From: Polymyxa betae A26-41
Lineage: Eukaryota > Protista > Endomyxa: Phytomyxea
Direction: 5' to 3'
Length of the DNA: 64,000 bases
Assembly (NCBI GenBank): GCA_003693705.1
Contig: RBZT01000657.1
Location: 62,001-126,000, forward strand
Below are positions 40,273 through 53,803 of this stretch, piece by piece. Positions within the stretch are counted from its first letter, which is position 1; every line of letters starts with the position of its first letter. A model generated the notes under the pieces. It had not been told where the DNA came from, did no database searches, and saw only the letters and a list, made by a program, of their open reading frames with translations. The position numbers and the translations under genes were made by a program.

Positions 40273-41602
40273 ATGAGGAATGCATTATTACGACGGGCTC
40301 TGGCATCAATTCAGAATGAGATCACAGCCGCCGGTCCTGTGATTGCTCTGGGTTCGGCCCCGGCCACCCACGTTCAATTGCAGGATCGATTTGCGGCAGC
40401 ACGGTCGGTTTTCACTCAATCGCCGATCGCCTCCGTCCAGCGTCGCGTTGATCATATCATCCACGATTTACTGGCGGCTGTGGATAGCAACCTTCCAATG
40501 CTCAATTCGATTTCGTCCCTGCTGTTTGAGAGTTCTGCTGCAAAACGGATTCGCCCGTCGCTGTGTCTGCTGATGTCAAATGCCTTGTATGAGATTCGGG
40601 TTCTTAAAATTATGATTGGAATTTACATTCTCGTTAAGAAATCCTCAACTAGCCCCCGAGCCGGATACGCCGATTACAAATGTTGACATAATTGCTCAAA
40701 TATCTGAGATGATTCACGTAGCAAGTTTATTACATGACGATGTGTTGGATGGAGCAAAAACCCGACGACAACGCCCTACTGCAAATGCAACTTTTGGTAC
40801 CAAAAGGTTTTCTCTTCGCTTGACTGCCGTACTAAGTTTTACTTTTTAAGGAAATAAGGCATCGATTCTCTGTGGAGATTTTATCCTTGCTCGTTCTTCT
40901 TCGTTGCTTGCATCTCTGGGATCCTGTGAAGCCGTTTCAATAATGACGAAGATCATATCTGACTTGGTATTGATATTTAGTGTCGTGCTTACTGAATGCT
41001 CAATGCATCCGTAGGTATCTGGCGAGATCATGCAAATGAGACCGATGAATGTTGGCTCGATTGGAGATCGAATTAACTACTACATGTCGAAATCGTATCA
41101 CAAGACTGCATCATTAATGTCGAACTCCTGCAAAACAATCGCCTGCATCCGCGGCCATTCCCCCGAAATGCAAACGGCTGCTGAGGATTATGGCAAATTT
41201 CTTGGGCTTTGCTTCCAGATTACTGACGACTTGCTGGACATCGTATCTGATTGTGAAACGCTTGGCAAAAATGCAAGAATAGATTTGGCCTCTGGAGTTG
41301 CTACAGCGCCAGTTTTGTTTGCTGCAGAGCAATTTCCGCAATTAGACAAAATTCTGGAAAGAAAATTCAGTAATCCAGGAGATGTTGAAGAAACTATGGA
41401 GCTCGTTTTTAAATCCAACGGTATGTTTCGCCCACCTGCATTGTATGACATCTGAATCACGCCTTTAGGTATTGACATGACCAGAGAATTGATTAATTCT
41501 CTGGCAGGCATTGCAGTAGAATCGTTGGAGTCGTTTCCGGAATCACCACACCGGGAAGCATTATGCATCTTAATTCAAGACGTTATAAACAGGAAGTCTT
41601 AA
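40273..41602 (+). CDS. Trans-polyprenyl (solanesyl/decaprenyl) diphosphate synthase, COQ1/PDSS1-like
   Basis: KRIRP, EMIHVASLLHDDVLD..TRR, GDFILAR, KTASLM, FQITDDLLD and DLASGVATAPVLFA. Presequence-like N-terminus. Confidence 0.92.
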
Positions 41603-41829
41603 ATGTATATTCCACAACATCATGGCCAAGGATGGAAGCATAAGAGTTTCGCAAGTTATGATTTTGAGGAATGTTTTGCTTCATATTTTGTACTATAACA
41701 TATCCTTAGAATAGAAATTTTCATTTCTACGTCATTCACAACGCTACGTTTGAGCTTGTAACCCTGATTATGGTTTTCGTATTCTTGTGAAGGAATGACC
41801 ATGAACATCTAAGAATCTGATAATCTTTA

Positions 41830-42751
41830 TCACCATCCATATTTGGCCTTGGCCATACGCCTCCTATCTTGTCCAACTGAGGCTTGCTGCCGAATTGATT
41901 CTTCCATCAGAGCGGCAGTGGTTGCCATGCTATTGATATGATGACGCCTTGATTGATTAAATGTTGCCTGTGCTGTTGATAACAGCTGTCCTTGCTTCGA
42001 CGTCCTATAACCAGTAAATCAGACGTTTTCCTGTGACAGTTTCAAAATAATTTTACCATAGACCGGCTGCAATTTCTGCTTGGATTAATTCACCTCGAGA
42101 GGCGTTAAGAGGATCAACAGGACGACTGAGTTCGAATCGTCGTAGATCGTCTTGGCTAAGCTCCATAATGTTGCCTTTCCGAAGGCCGGCGACCCAATCA
42201 TGTGGAAGATCTTCGACCATTCCAGAATTGGAGACATCGACATCCCCATTAACTTTTAGTCCAGGCGGTGGGACTAACCCTGGAGGGGGAGGGACAATAC
42301 GACCTCGAAACATGATATGAGGTAAAGGAGGTGGTTCATAATCGGGGATGGCTGATGGACCTTGCACTTCATCAACTAATAAAAGCTGTGGTGTCTCTGC
42401 AGCATGATTTGCTGTCGACTCTGTGTTGTTCTTTTCGCGATTTTGGCCGATTCCAGTTTCATTGGACGTTTTGGATTGATAGTCTCCATTTGTATCTGCT
42501 GGTTTTAAGGTATCGTTCCGTGTTTCTGTGTTTTCTTCTGTTTTAGAAACAATAGGCAGCCGGCGGCGCTTGGCGTTTTTCGGAGCCGGTAAAGAAGTTA
42601 ATCCGAGTGAGACCGGTTGTGAACTTGATATGGGATTCTCTATTTCTTCATGTAGAGAGGTTGAAGAATCCCGCTCTACAGGCAGAGCTACTGGTCCTAA
42701 GGCATCACTATGTTCTTCGTCCGAGTCGTAATACTGAACCAAAGAGTTCAT
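41830..42751 (-). CDS. PRCC: PRCC-like proline-rich nuclear protein
   Basis: Start MNSLVQYYDSDEE, Pro-rich middle, and C-terminal SRRHHINSMA..A...E...RRMAKAKYGW*. Confidence 0.8.
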
Positions 42752-43182
42752 CGTGATGGCAAATATTACTATAGTGATGTAGCTAGTTTTGCTGAACTAC
42801 AATAAAGCGACTGTACGCACATTTTTCAATTTTTTCCCTTTATTTTGCTATCAGTTTGACAAATGAGATCCAATATCTGTGAGCACTCGAATGAGTAGAG
42901 TCGCTCGGTTTCCAGAAAGATTATCCTCGTTCGTGTTGTAGTGGAGTGTCCAAGAGCTTGAGATCTTTGCATGTCTTAACGAACAACCACTGATTTCAGC
43001 GATGGTTTTGGTTCGGGTTTCTGTCGGCTCGGTTGATGAAGCATGGCAAAACAGTATTCGTAATAAACAACGAGTACTGTGACGTCATGCTCATGATTAC
43101 ATCAGATTGGAAAATTCATGTCGGTGACCACGATCGTAGTTTAATCTGCGATTAACGAAAATCTCGCCGCCTTCGTTGCTGT

Positions 43183-46100
43183 ATGCCGCAACCTCAACAA
43201 CAGCCTCAGGCCCAGGTTGTAGAAGTAACTGCACCGGGATGGGTCGAAGGGCGGCAGGATCACACATCAGATCACGATGAGGTTGCAGGAAGGACGGCGA
43301 GACAGCAGCGGGTTATTGGTACTCAGTATTCGTCAGCTGGGCGGATGGCTACAGGGGTCGATTCAGGCGAGAAACTTCGACGAGTCGAAATCATGAACTC
43401 GGCAACAAATTTATCGCAGAAGTAGTGATATTTGAAATCCAGATTAGAATGTGACATGATTCGTGTTTTAGATTCTGTAATAATACTGTTATTACCTCCA
43501 AGTATACATTATTGAACTTTATCCCAAAATGTCTGTTCGAGCAGTTTCGGCGAGTGGCCAATGTATATTTCTTGATCATTTCGTTGCTGCAGGTGCGGCG
43601 CTATAGCAATGGATGTTACGACTGTTTCGTTGAACGTTCTGCAGGTTGGAACAGATTTATCACCAACCAGCAAATATGCAACAATTGTCCCGCTGATGGG
43701 CGTCGTTAGCGTCACAATGATTAAAGAGGCTTTCGAAGATTACGTAATTCAGCGTCAAGCTGATATCCTCCATTCTTACTAAAGTGTTTCTATAGCAACG
43801 CCACATTGCTGATAAACATGTTAACTCCAATGTTGCTAAAGTTGTCGATAAAGACGGCAGCATGCTGGATGTTGCATGGCGCGATGTTCGTGTTGGCGAC
43901 ATTATCGAATTGAACGATGGCGATGGAATCTGCTGCGATGGAATCTTATTATCATCTTCACAAGAACAGGGTTTGGCGTATGTTGAAACTGCCATGCTGG
44001 ATGGGGAGGTACGTCTCTTAAAATCACACAAAACTCTCATTGACTCTAATCAAAGACAAATCTCAAAGTTCGCGAATCGATCTGGCAGACGTCCTCATTA
44101 CGAGCACCACGAGCGTTATCGAAAGTTCGAGGAAGTCTTCAATGTGAACTTCCCAATGCCAATATGTATCGATTTCGTGGGACTCTTCAAATTCAGACAT
44201 TGAACGTCGAAGATCCATCTCAGACATCTCTGGCTCCAGTCCCGATCGGGTTGCAAAACTTTCTGCTTCGAGGCAGTTTTCTTCGAAATGTCAATCTAGC
44301 CTATATGCTCGTTGCATATACTGGCGATGATACCAAACAAGTTCGAAATACTCGAGCAACACCATCGAAGCGCAGCAATATTGATCGATTAATTAATTCG
44401 ACCATCTTCCTGGTATTTCTGACCCTGTTAGCTATGTGCACTATCAGTACTGTATTGTTCTCATCCTGGGTCTCGAAACATTCTTCTGAGTACTCTGTTT
44501 GGTATCTGCCCTTTGTTGCTGCAAACGACATGAAAAGCAAACTGACCTCATTTATCACATTCTTGATCTTGTACAACAATCTGGTTCCAATCTCGCTTTA
44601 TGTCACACTAGAGCTGGTTAAGCTAGTTCAAGCCAAATTGATTGAAAGCGACATTCGAATGTTCTACAGCGCCAAGAAGATGACTGCAAGAGCGAGGACG
44701 TCGAATTTGAATGAGGATTTGGGCCAGATCGATCATATATTTAGTGACAAAACTGGAACATTAACCTGCAATGAGATGATATTCCGCCTCTGCTCTGTCA
44801 ATGGTGCTGTTTACGAAGCAATCAGTAATCGGCAGTCCAGCTTACAAGCAGTTGAAGGTGTTAAAGTACATGGTGGAGAGGAACTTCTGGAGATTCTCAC
44901 ATCGGGATATGCTGACAGTATTGAGCAAAAGTTCTTGTCTTGTATGGCGATCTGTAATACCGTTCTACCAGAGATTGTCAAGGTTGGAATTTGAGAGCCT
45001 TGAAGCAAACTGTCTCAATCGTTTGCTGTAGATTAAAGGTCGTTTAGCGACAAGATGGCAGGCGTCGTCACCTGATGAAGAGGCTCTTGTCATTGGTGCA
45101 ATCGGATTTGTATGCGAACGGATTGAGATGTTGGTTTGTGCGATTAATGCATTTATTAGGGATATCGGCTACTTCGTAGAGAGCAGGGTCAAGTGGTTAT
45201 TCAAGTTGGACAGAGAGATACTAAACCTACCGACCTCAAGTACTTTGTATTGAACGTCAATGAATTCACATCACAACGTAAATGTATGTCGGTGATTGTG
45301 AAGACACCCGATGGAGATGTCGTGCTTTATTGTAAAGGAGCTGATGATGCTATCTTGAACAAATTGAAATCTGGGCAGGAGGCCAGTATTCACACTCTGA
45401 AGAAACATTTGCATCGATTTGCTGTCAAAGGCCTTCGAACGCTGGTATTAGCTCAAGCTGCTCTGGATCCAGCTCTGTATACAGAATGGAATGAAAAGTA
45501 TCAGCAGGCACACAATTCCATATCGGACGATAAAGACGAGATTCTCGAGTCGCTGTCAGCAGAGATCGAATCGAACTTAACACTGTTAGGTGCAACAGGT
45601 ATTGAAGATCGTCTACAGAATGGAGTTCCTGAAGCTATTCAATTACTGCTGGAAGCCAATATTAAAGTCTGGGTTCTGACAGGAGATAAAGTCGAGACTG
45701 CTATCAATATTGGAAAATCATCCACCATGATAACTAATGATATGAAGATTTTGAGGTTCGCAACCGATCAAGAAGCTGAGATTGACAGTGCCTTAAAAAA
45801 ATGTGAAAGCGAGGCGAGGAATGCGAATAGGCATAAAGTCCCTTTAGCTATGGTTGTTGATGGGTTGGTCTCTGATCACTGATTCATTCCCTGGCCTAAC
45901 TGGATCTCAGGAAGGCGTTATCGCTGATAGTTGACAATGACGAAAGATCGAAAGCATTCGTTGAGATCTGCAATCTTTGTAAAACAGTGATTGCATGTAG
46001 AACGAGCCCTCGTCAGAAAGCTGGCATTGTAGCGATGGTCAAAAAGTTCATTCAACCTGAACCGATGACATTGGCTATTGGTGATGGAGCGAATGATATC

Positions 46101-47436
46101 GGAATGTTACAAGAAGCGCATGTTGGAGTTGGAATATCTGGCAATGAAGGCATGCAAGCTGTTAATGCTTCTGATTATGCAATTGCTCAATTCCGATATT
46201 TATGTCGATTAACGTTGGTTCATGGAAACTGGAGCTATCTACGAGTTAGTAAGGTGTGCGACGTCAATCTCTCATATGATGAATGTCTCATTGATGTATA
46301 ACGAATAGGTGGTATTGTACAGCTTCTACAAAAATATCAGCAATGTGTTCACACTATTCTTTTACTGCTTTTACAATGGTTATTCGGGTGCATCGCTCTA
46401 TGAATCATGGTTACAAGCTGGATGGAATGTATGCTGGACATTCCTACCTGTTGTTATATATGGAATTACAGACAAAGATTTGCATTCAACAACAATTAGG
46501 ACACATCCTCATGTCTATACTCGAGGCCAACGTCATGTTCTCTTCAATCTTAAGACCATGGCTGAATGGGTCGCCGTAGCCATTGTTCATGCTCTAATCG
46601 TATTCGGTTTGGCTGTGAGCTCGTTGAGCGGAGAGATCTCGAGCTCCGATGGAACTACCGAGGGAATGGTGTCTATAGGAACAATCGTCAATGGCTGCAT
46701 GGTCATTTTAGTCAACTTCAAGATGCTTCTTGAATCAAAGCACTGGACATCATATACGGTCGCTTCTGTTGCTTTCAGTATCGGATTCTGGTTTGCTTTC
46801 ATAGCCGTATACTCGTATATGCTGACGATCAGTTTTGATTTTTTCGGCGTTGGTATGAATATATACAGTACCATATTGCCTTGGCTTGTAATATTCCTGG
46901 CTCCGACTGCTGCTATTATGTTCGATCTAGCTGTTATGTACATACGAGATATGTATTTCCCCAATCCAATTGTTATTGCCAATGAGGTACAGAATATGGT
47001 TGGAATATTTGATGAAGACCAATCGTACTCGGACCACGAGCATGTTCTGCAGCCTCGACCATCGTATGTAGCAGCACCTGTCTTAACGCCAACGACGTCA
47101 GCGCTTAAGAAGCTGCCTGCCAAAGAAAAACCAGAAAAAACGCAAAAAGAACCTGAAAAAAAAGTTGGAAAACCCAGCAGTAAACCTGTCGAATCCAACA
47201 GGTCACGATCGCAGCAGAGTGATAAATCTGCAACATCCGAGAAATCTAATAAGACATCCAACAAAAAATCCAAACCCAAGAATAACGAAAGTAAGCACTC
47301 AAACACGCCAGAGAGAAGTCGAAGTGTGGAAAAACCTTCAAAGAACCAGAAGCGGGTAAAACCAAGGGACAACAGCTCTAAAGATCCTACACAACGTTAT
47401 AGGCCGTCATCACCATCCGATGACGCTGGTACATAG
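43183..47436 (+). CDS. P4-type ATPase (phospholipid flippase, DRS2/ATP8A-like), multi-exon
   Basis: [80 protein letters not shown] and YSFYKN. Confidence 0.97.
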
Positions 47437-47547
47437 CATTATACCATACAGGAATAAATTAGCATACGATAGGTCAAATGTTCATCAAACTTTGGATTAA
47501 TTTTAATTGAATCGACCATGGGTTAATGTGGCGTTGTGTCTGAGAAC

Positions 47548-49457
47548 TTATTGGTTAGGATTGGCGACATTCAGGACGACACCTTTCCTAATAGTACCCC
47601 AGCCAATCAGACGCCAATGTTTGTCAACTCGCCTGCTGATAGCGAGTTTCTCGCCTTCTAATGTACAGACAGGTTGGGTTAAACCGATCTTGGCCAAGTC
47701 GTTCTTGATAGCGAGAACGGTGCCGCCTACCGATGTCGACCCGATATTGACCATGATGATCTCACCCTTGGTCAGCTTCTTCACCTTTCCCTGCTTCTTC
47801 TTGTCTGCCGAAGCATCCGTTAACTTGATACCCAGCAGACGACGCAGCAGGAAGAAGGAAATTTCCAAGCCGGTGAAGATGTTCGGTAGCTTCCCGACCT
47901 CACCTAAACGAATAACATTAGGGCCAGTACAACCACCCCGGGCCTGTACGGCGACGAACCGAGAACTTGCCCGACCAACCGATCAGCCCGAGTCAAGGTC
48001 GGGTCAATCTTCGTGCCGACTCCGATTAAACCACCGGGAACAGCATACTGAAGTTCGTTATGCTCAGCGAATAGCGAGATGATGCGGCTGTAGATGGGCG
48101 AGCACATCACAGCGCCATCTTTATCCTTGGTTACAATACCAGGACGGACCTCGATCTCGTGTCCAACACGAAGAACGCCCTGCAATAAAGAACCACCTGC
48201 GACCCCGCCACGAAGTCCATGAACCTCTTCACCTGGCTTATTGACATCGAACGAACGAATGACAATCAGCCGGGCAGTCGACGTAAAATCACGAACTGGA
48301 ATCGGAATTTTGTTCACCTAACAGAGCTATTAAGCGATCATGGCAAAACAGGTTTAACGAAACGTACGATGTGTTCACAGATAAGATCGATATTATATCG
48401 CAGCTGAGCACTAATTGGAATGATGGGTGCTGAATCAGCACACGATCCTTGAATGAAACCGCGAATCTCATCAAATTGAGCGGCAGCTTCAGCCTCCTTC
48501 ACCAGATCGATCTTGTTCTGTAAAATAATGATATTCTTTAATTTCATGATCTCAACGGCCGCAAGATGCTCTAAAGTTTGCGGCTGAGGGCACGGTTCGT
48601 TGCCTTTATCAATGTCACAAAATCGAAAGCAGAATCGGAATTAAGGACAACCTGATATGAGCAATAATGCAGCGTCCATGACAGCTGCACCGTTTAACAT
48701 GGTGGCCATGAGAATATCGTGACCAGGACAGTCAACGAATGAGACATGACGAACAAGGGTCAGACGACCACCACATCCCAGCGGGCAGATTGGGCGATCT
48801 TCCTTTGATGAACCATACGAGACATAGCGCTCAGGACGGGGCTGAATGTTTCAACATCATTCGAAGAGAAGCAAGATTGGAGATTACGACACGTACACAT
48901 CCATTCTGGCATTCGTAGATCTTAGCATTAGCATAACCAAGCTTAATGGTAATGTTACGCTCCAATTCGGTCTTAAAACGAACTGTCTGCACGCCTGCCA
49001 GAATAAGTCAAACGACCGCCAAAGAATAAGTTCAAACTAAGTTTGTTAACAGAAGAAACTGCCGAAATGAGAAACAGAAGAGATCTGAAGCGAGACCTGA
49101 GATGGCCTTGACAACAGTGGATTTTCCATGAGCGACATGACCAATGGTCCCAATATTGATCGTGGCCTGACGAGATATAACCTCTGGGCTGAGAGGTGTT
49201 AACTTCGACGGATCCAGTGTCTATAATACACTGATTAGGAATGGATGCAGAATGGTGTTAGTAATGGGACATCATACCGCCAGATCCTGCTTAGCAAGGC
49301 CATGGGTCTGCTCACTTTGACCAGCACCAGTCAGGTCATTAGCAGAGCTACCTTGAGCACGACCCTCGCTGAGGTCGGCCCCGGCCAGCGGAACGCGATC
49401 GCCCGATGCGCTGGTGACTTCTTCAGCGAATCGGACGCCCTTCTCTGGAGCCGACAT
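47548..49457 (-). CDS. EIF2S3: Translation initiation factor eIF2 gamma subunit
   Basis: [54 protein letters not shown] and [13 protein letters not shown]. Confidence 0.98.
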
Positions 49458-49736
49458 TATCGTTAGATGCTGAAGCAACAAAGACACAAAGCGGCGGACT
49501 CCGTCACGGACCACAACTTTTCAAATTTCCATTTGTCTCCATCATAATCATCCCTGGGGCTCACAAATTTTCTTCGTACTCGTTTCAGTTAAGTCTGAAT
49601 TCCGACTTGCTTTCGTGAATACGCTTTCAGCAGGTAATTAAGCAAATAATTCGGAAAATTTTCAAAATAAAGTGATTAATGTGCCTGATTGATGGAAGTT
49701 GTTATTTCTTGACCTTGAAGTCATTTGCGATTTTAG

Positions 49737-50967
49737 ATGTTGGGAGATATGGGCGCGCTAGAGACGACAAATTTAGGCTTGCAGCTCGGCGACAATGACA
49801 GATTTATGGCCTGGCTGAAGGCACAGGCCGCTGAATTGGCCATTCCTCGCGATTACTCTTCGTCGGCTGATCATTGTCCAGATCTAAGGGTGCTCTTTAT
49901 TTCTTTGATGCCATATGAGTTCGCTCGTTTTAAGGTAGAATCATTGAGTATTGTAGTCCTGGTTGTGATATGATATCCTACAGAGAGATGTTGTCAAATT
50001 GCTTAGCGAATTTTCTGGGTTCCGAACAGATACGATCCAGGCGTTTAGAACGCGGTTGTTATTTGCCAAATTAAAAATTGCTGAAATGAGCAATGGCGCG
50101 CTGGATGAGCTCTCTGGGTTTTTCGGCATCGATCCTGAAGATGATAAAGTCGAACAGATCGATAAGTTTGTGAATTTGATCGCGCGTCCCGAGAACACGG
50201 GATTATCAGTGGACAAACAGAGTTTGCTGCTGAAGCTATCCAGAGTGGAGAACATGAAGATTCCTGGCACTCGTAGAAATCTCAATCTGCCTAAATCTTC
50301 TTCGGGCTATTCTGCCAACACCCCATCACGAAGCACTCAGGCACAAAAGCGACGTCCCAATGTAAGCCTTGGTTGTTGTCTGAATCATTAACTCAAACTA
50401 GACTGGAATGTTAGAGCGATGAAGAAGAAATGTCGGATAATGCCAATGAGTCAAATCAAGATAGCGATAGCGAGAACAAACCGAAGCCGAATTCCGCCCA
50501 GAAATCAATGAAGCGGGCGAGATCTAACTCTTCTAGAAAAGCTGAAGAACATTCAGACTACAGCCCTAATCCGCCTAAGGTTTTTCATTGATCATCTCTT
50601 GTAACTAGCCGCTGATAGTGTCTCAGAATAGAAGACCTAGAAGGGAGACTGACGATAGCAGGCAAGATCTTTCAAGTACCAACTCCAAGGTATGTTTACA
50701 ACCCTAAAGTCTTACGTTTAACCGATGTCATGTTGTTCTCAGGACGACAGCCAAGAAGCCCTAAGCAAAACGGCAGATACGAGTCAGGAAGAGAAAGAAA
50801 AGAGACAGCTAAGAAAATCCATTGAAACTTATCTGAGAAGAGCCCAGGAAGATGTCACCATGCGCATGGTGAAAGAATACCTTAGGCAGCATTTTGACCG
50901 CGAGACTTTAGCTGCTCACAAGGCTTACATCAAAACCACAGTTATGGAGGTTATAGATAAACTTTAA
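49737..50967 (+). CDS. DEK-like chromatin protein (DEK-C domain at the C-terminus)
   Basis: Spliced ARFK|RDVVKLLSEFSGF, acidic/basic linker, and C-terminal LRKSIETYL..DVTMRMVKEYLRQHF..L.AHKAYIKTTVMEVI. Confidence 0.75.
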
Positions 50968-51154
50968 ACGGTAAAAAATGTAATTTATCTGCCTATTATC
51001 GATCTTTGTGCAAAGCTGTGCTCCAGCACCACCTTTGACGCGTGCCCGAAACACGGCACGAGGTCGAAACCGGCGCGAGCCGTTTCGTAACCGATGGGTT
51101 GGACCTTGCCCAATTGCCATCTTTGAATTATCGCTCGATTGCGGTCACCTCTGA

Positions 51155-53721
51155 ATGTCGACTGCAATCGTCGATGCATCCAATGTCTCGCAGCCTCGAG
51201 CCGGGTTTCGTCGCAGCAGCGCTTCCGAAGCGTTTCCGCCAATCTTGACCGTGAACTGCGTTCCGGTCGAAAAGCGATCGACAACGACCGCAAAGATTCC
51301 CCAGGTTGGATAGAGATGTGTTCAATGTCATCTCAATAGAGAATGACAAAGAGGGAATCTTCAGGCTCGTGTTGACACATGGAGACGACGTAGCTGTGTG
51401 TCTATGTTACCTCGGGTGAGTCGTGGTAAGGGCTGCTTCGCTCCATCTTCATCGCCTTCATTGCTTGAAAGGATCGACGTCATTATGCCCAATCTGTGGT
51501 GTCAATGGCACTTTTCTACAACATGTTCGGCATCGTCGAGCGTCGGGTAAGGGTGGATCTAACCTGCAACCCAGTTTGACATTGCTTGGCACTCAGGCGA
51601 ATCAATCCGTGTGTCGTTGTCGATCTGCCCACCGAACCATAGCAGAAGCATAATGAACGACCTGATTCAAGAGTTGAGGATATTCGCAACGGATCGCTTC
51701 GGTGTCCTTATTTTTTGTTCATGGCAGGTTTCAGCATACTCTTGTTGATATCGGGGATGATTCACCTGCCAATGCTGATTTGGTCTGGGTTAGTCAACCG
51801 ACAGCGAACTCGCTTCGATCATTCTCCCCTCATCAACGGATGAACGTGTTTCCTTTCTTGAACCGCATGATGACCAAAGCTAACATTGCCAAACAGCTCA
51901 ACCTACATCGCAGCCTGTGAGGACAAATAAGATGTGCATATCCACAATAACACTTTGGAAAGGTTTCCGAACGAATTTGATTTTTACCCTGAAACTCTTG
52001 AACTTCCTCGCGATCTTCGTGTGTTGCAACGCATCATGAAGCAAGAAAGCGAATCAGGAACCTGGATTCTAAAGCCGACCAAAGGTCTACAAGGAATTGG
52101 AATTGTTTTGGCGAGAACATTCAGTCAAGTAGAGCAAACTATCCAAATGAACGACGACAAAGTGTATTCAGTGCAAAGGTACGAAAACCAGAATCCTTCC
52201 GTTCCCGGAAATTTACGGTTCGTAGATATATTGATCGGCCAATGCTGCTGCACGATGCGAAATGGGATATGAGGATCTACGTGATGCTTGAGTCGCTGAA
52301 TCCTTTCAGAGCGCACCTATTCAAGGTAGCATATTCCGTTTATGCTGGCAAGATCACCAACTCATCGAACTCTTAGGATGGATTAGCACGATTTGCGACT
52401 GAGAAATACGTTCCACCTCGTGCTGATAACCTAGGGCAATCAATGGTCCATCTGACCAACTATTCTTTAAACAAAAAAAGTTATCGATTCCGTATGTTCA
52501 AGCAAGGCTCCGTCTCTGAAGAAGAATGTCATAAGAGAACCATTGGGACAACTTTGAGGCAACTGCAAGAAGCTGGATATCCCATTGACGTCGAAGTCAG
52601 TCTGCTGCAATTTGCGATTATAATTCTGGCTGATTTTAGGCAACAGAGAGTCTGGGAAGAAGTTGGTGCTATTGTTGCTAAAACATTGGTGGCGATGTGG
52701 CCTCAGCTTCAAGATGCACACGCGACATATTTTAAAAAAGTCGGAACTACTGCCGGGGCATCGTATGACCAAAGTTGCTTTCACATTCTTGGATTTGATA
52801 TAATGATGGACGCCAAAGGAAAGCTTTGGCTGCTTGAGAGTACGAAAATTTCTAATCGCTTGTCTCCTCTAACGTTCAGTCCAGTTAATTCTAATCCATC
52901 TCTAAACCGCGACTCCGTCGTGGACGCTGTCATCAACGAGCAATTGATGGAATCCGCCTTGAAAATCGTTCGCGCCATAGATCCAAAGCAACAACCTACA
53001 GAAAAGGTAAAAAGAAATTTGATCAAACAGTGTCATTAAACTGACTCAGCCAATTCCGACGGCGAAAGCTAGAATGGATCACGATGGCGACGAGACTTCG
53101 AGCAATGATGATTCGACTGATGACGATGACAACGACAATGCGTGCTGCAATCACAAAATGTCCTCAGGGAGAAGGGCCGTTGTCAACAACGGCGAAAAAG
53201 CTTCTCCTGACAGATCCACTTGTGCAGCTCGTCTTCCTCATGTTAAACCCATGACCCATATGCCATTATATATCGATCTGGCATATTCTCATCTGATGAT
53301 GTTCAACCGTCCTATCAAAGATTCCGTCATTAAGGTTGACGAAGGAAATAGTCGAGTGGCGACAACGCAAACCACATTATGGCGTATTTATGCATCGCAC
53401 CTTTGGGAGCCAAAGAGAAGCTCGAGAGCTTCAGCTCGTTTACTACATGCTTTATCACGATTTCAGCCCCCTTCAATGTCTTTTGGTGCTGCAGATGCAC
53501 ATATTATATATGCACAGCTACAGTCGTACAGTACAAATCGAACGTATCCTTGGCGTCAAGCATTTGAATTCGCCTCTGATTGCCCAGCAATGACATTCTC
53601 TATGTTCTGCGAAGCAGTTGCAGTGATATCTCGTCGCTGGTATCCAAGAGAAACTCCATTAGAAAGTCTTAATGCGTTTCTTGACGTTCCGTCTGAGCGA
53701 GCAACGGAAATAAAAATGTAA
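51155..53721 (+). CDS. Tubulin-tyrosine ligase-like protein (TTLL, probably a polyglutamylase), multi-exon
   Basis: FDFYPET, WILKPTKGLQGIGI, VQRYIDRP..KWDMRIYV, DGLARFATEKY, HLTNYSLNK, CFHILGFDIMMD and WLLEINSNPSL. The start at ATG 51155 is inferred via an intron at 51305-51364. Confidence 0.9.
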
Positions 53722-53803
53722 ATCATTACGTTGTTGACAAAACAATAAACTAAATGTTTAGATAAGACTATAAACAATGTGTATTTTTCAGCAGATATCA
53801 GGT

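Noticed and set aside
43036-43097. SECIS element or C/D snoRNA interpretation of the hairpin (ATGA...AAAA...GA; TGATGA)
   Set aside because: It lies 5' of both neighbouring genes, there is no selenoprotein ORF upstream, helix II is too short, and there is no matching CTGA D box.
46587-47372. 261-aa antisense ORF over the P4-ATPase C-terminus
   Set aside because: Mirror of the TM and low-complexity Lys/Ser tail, with no domain signal.
51040-51340. GC-rich stretch that looked like a structured ncRNA
   Set aside because: From 51155 it reads as the spliced N-terminal exon of the TTLL gene. No tRNA, ribozyme or snRNA consensus was recognised.
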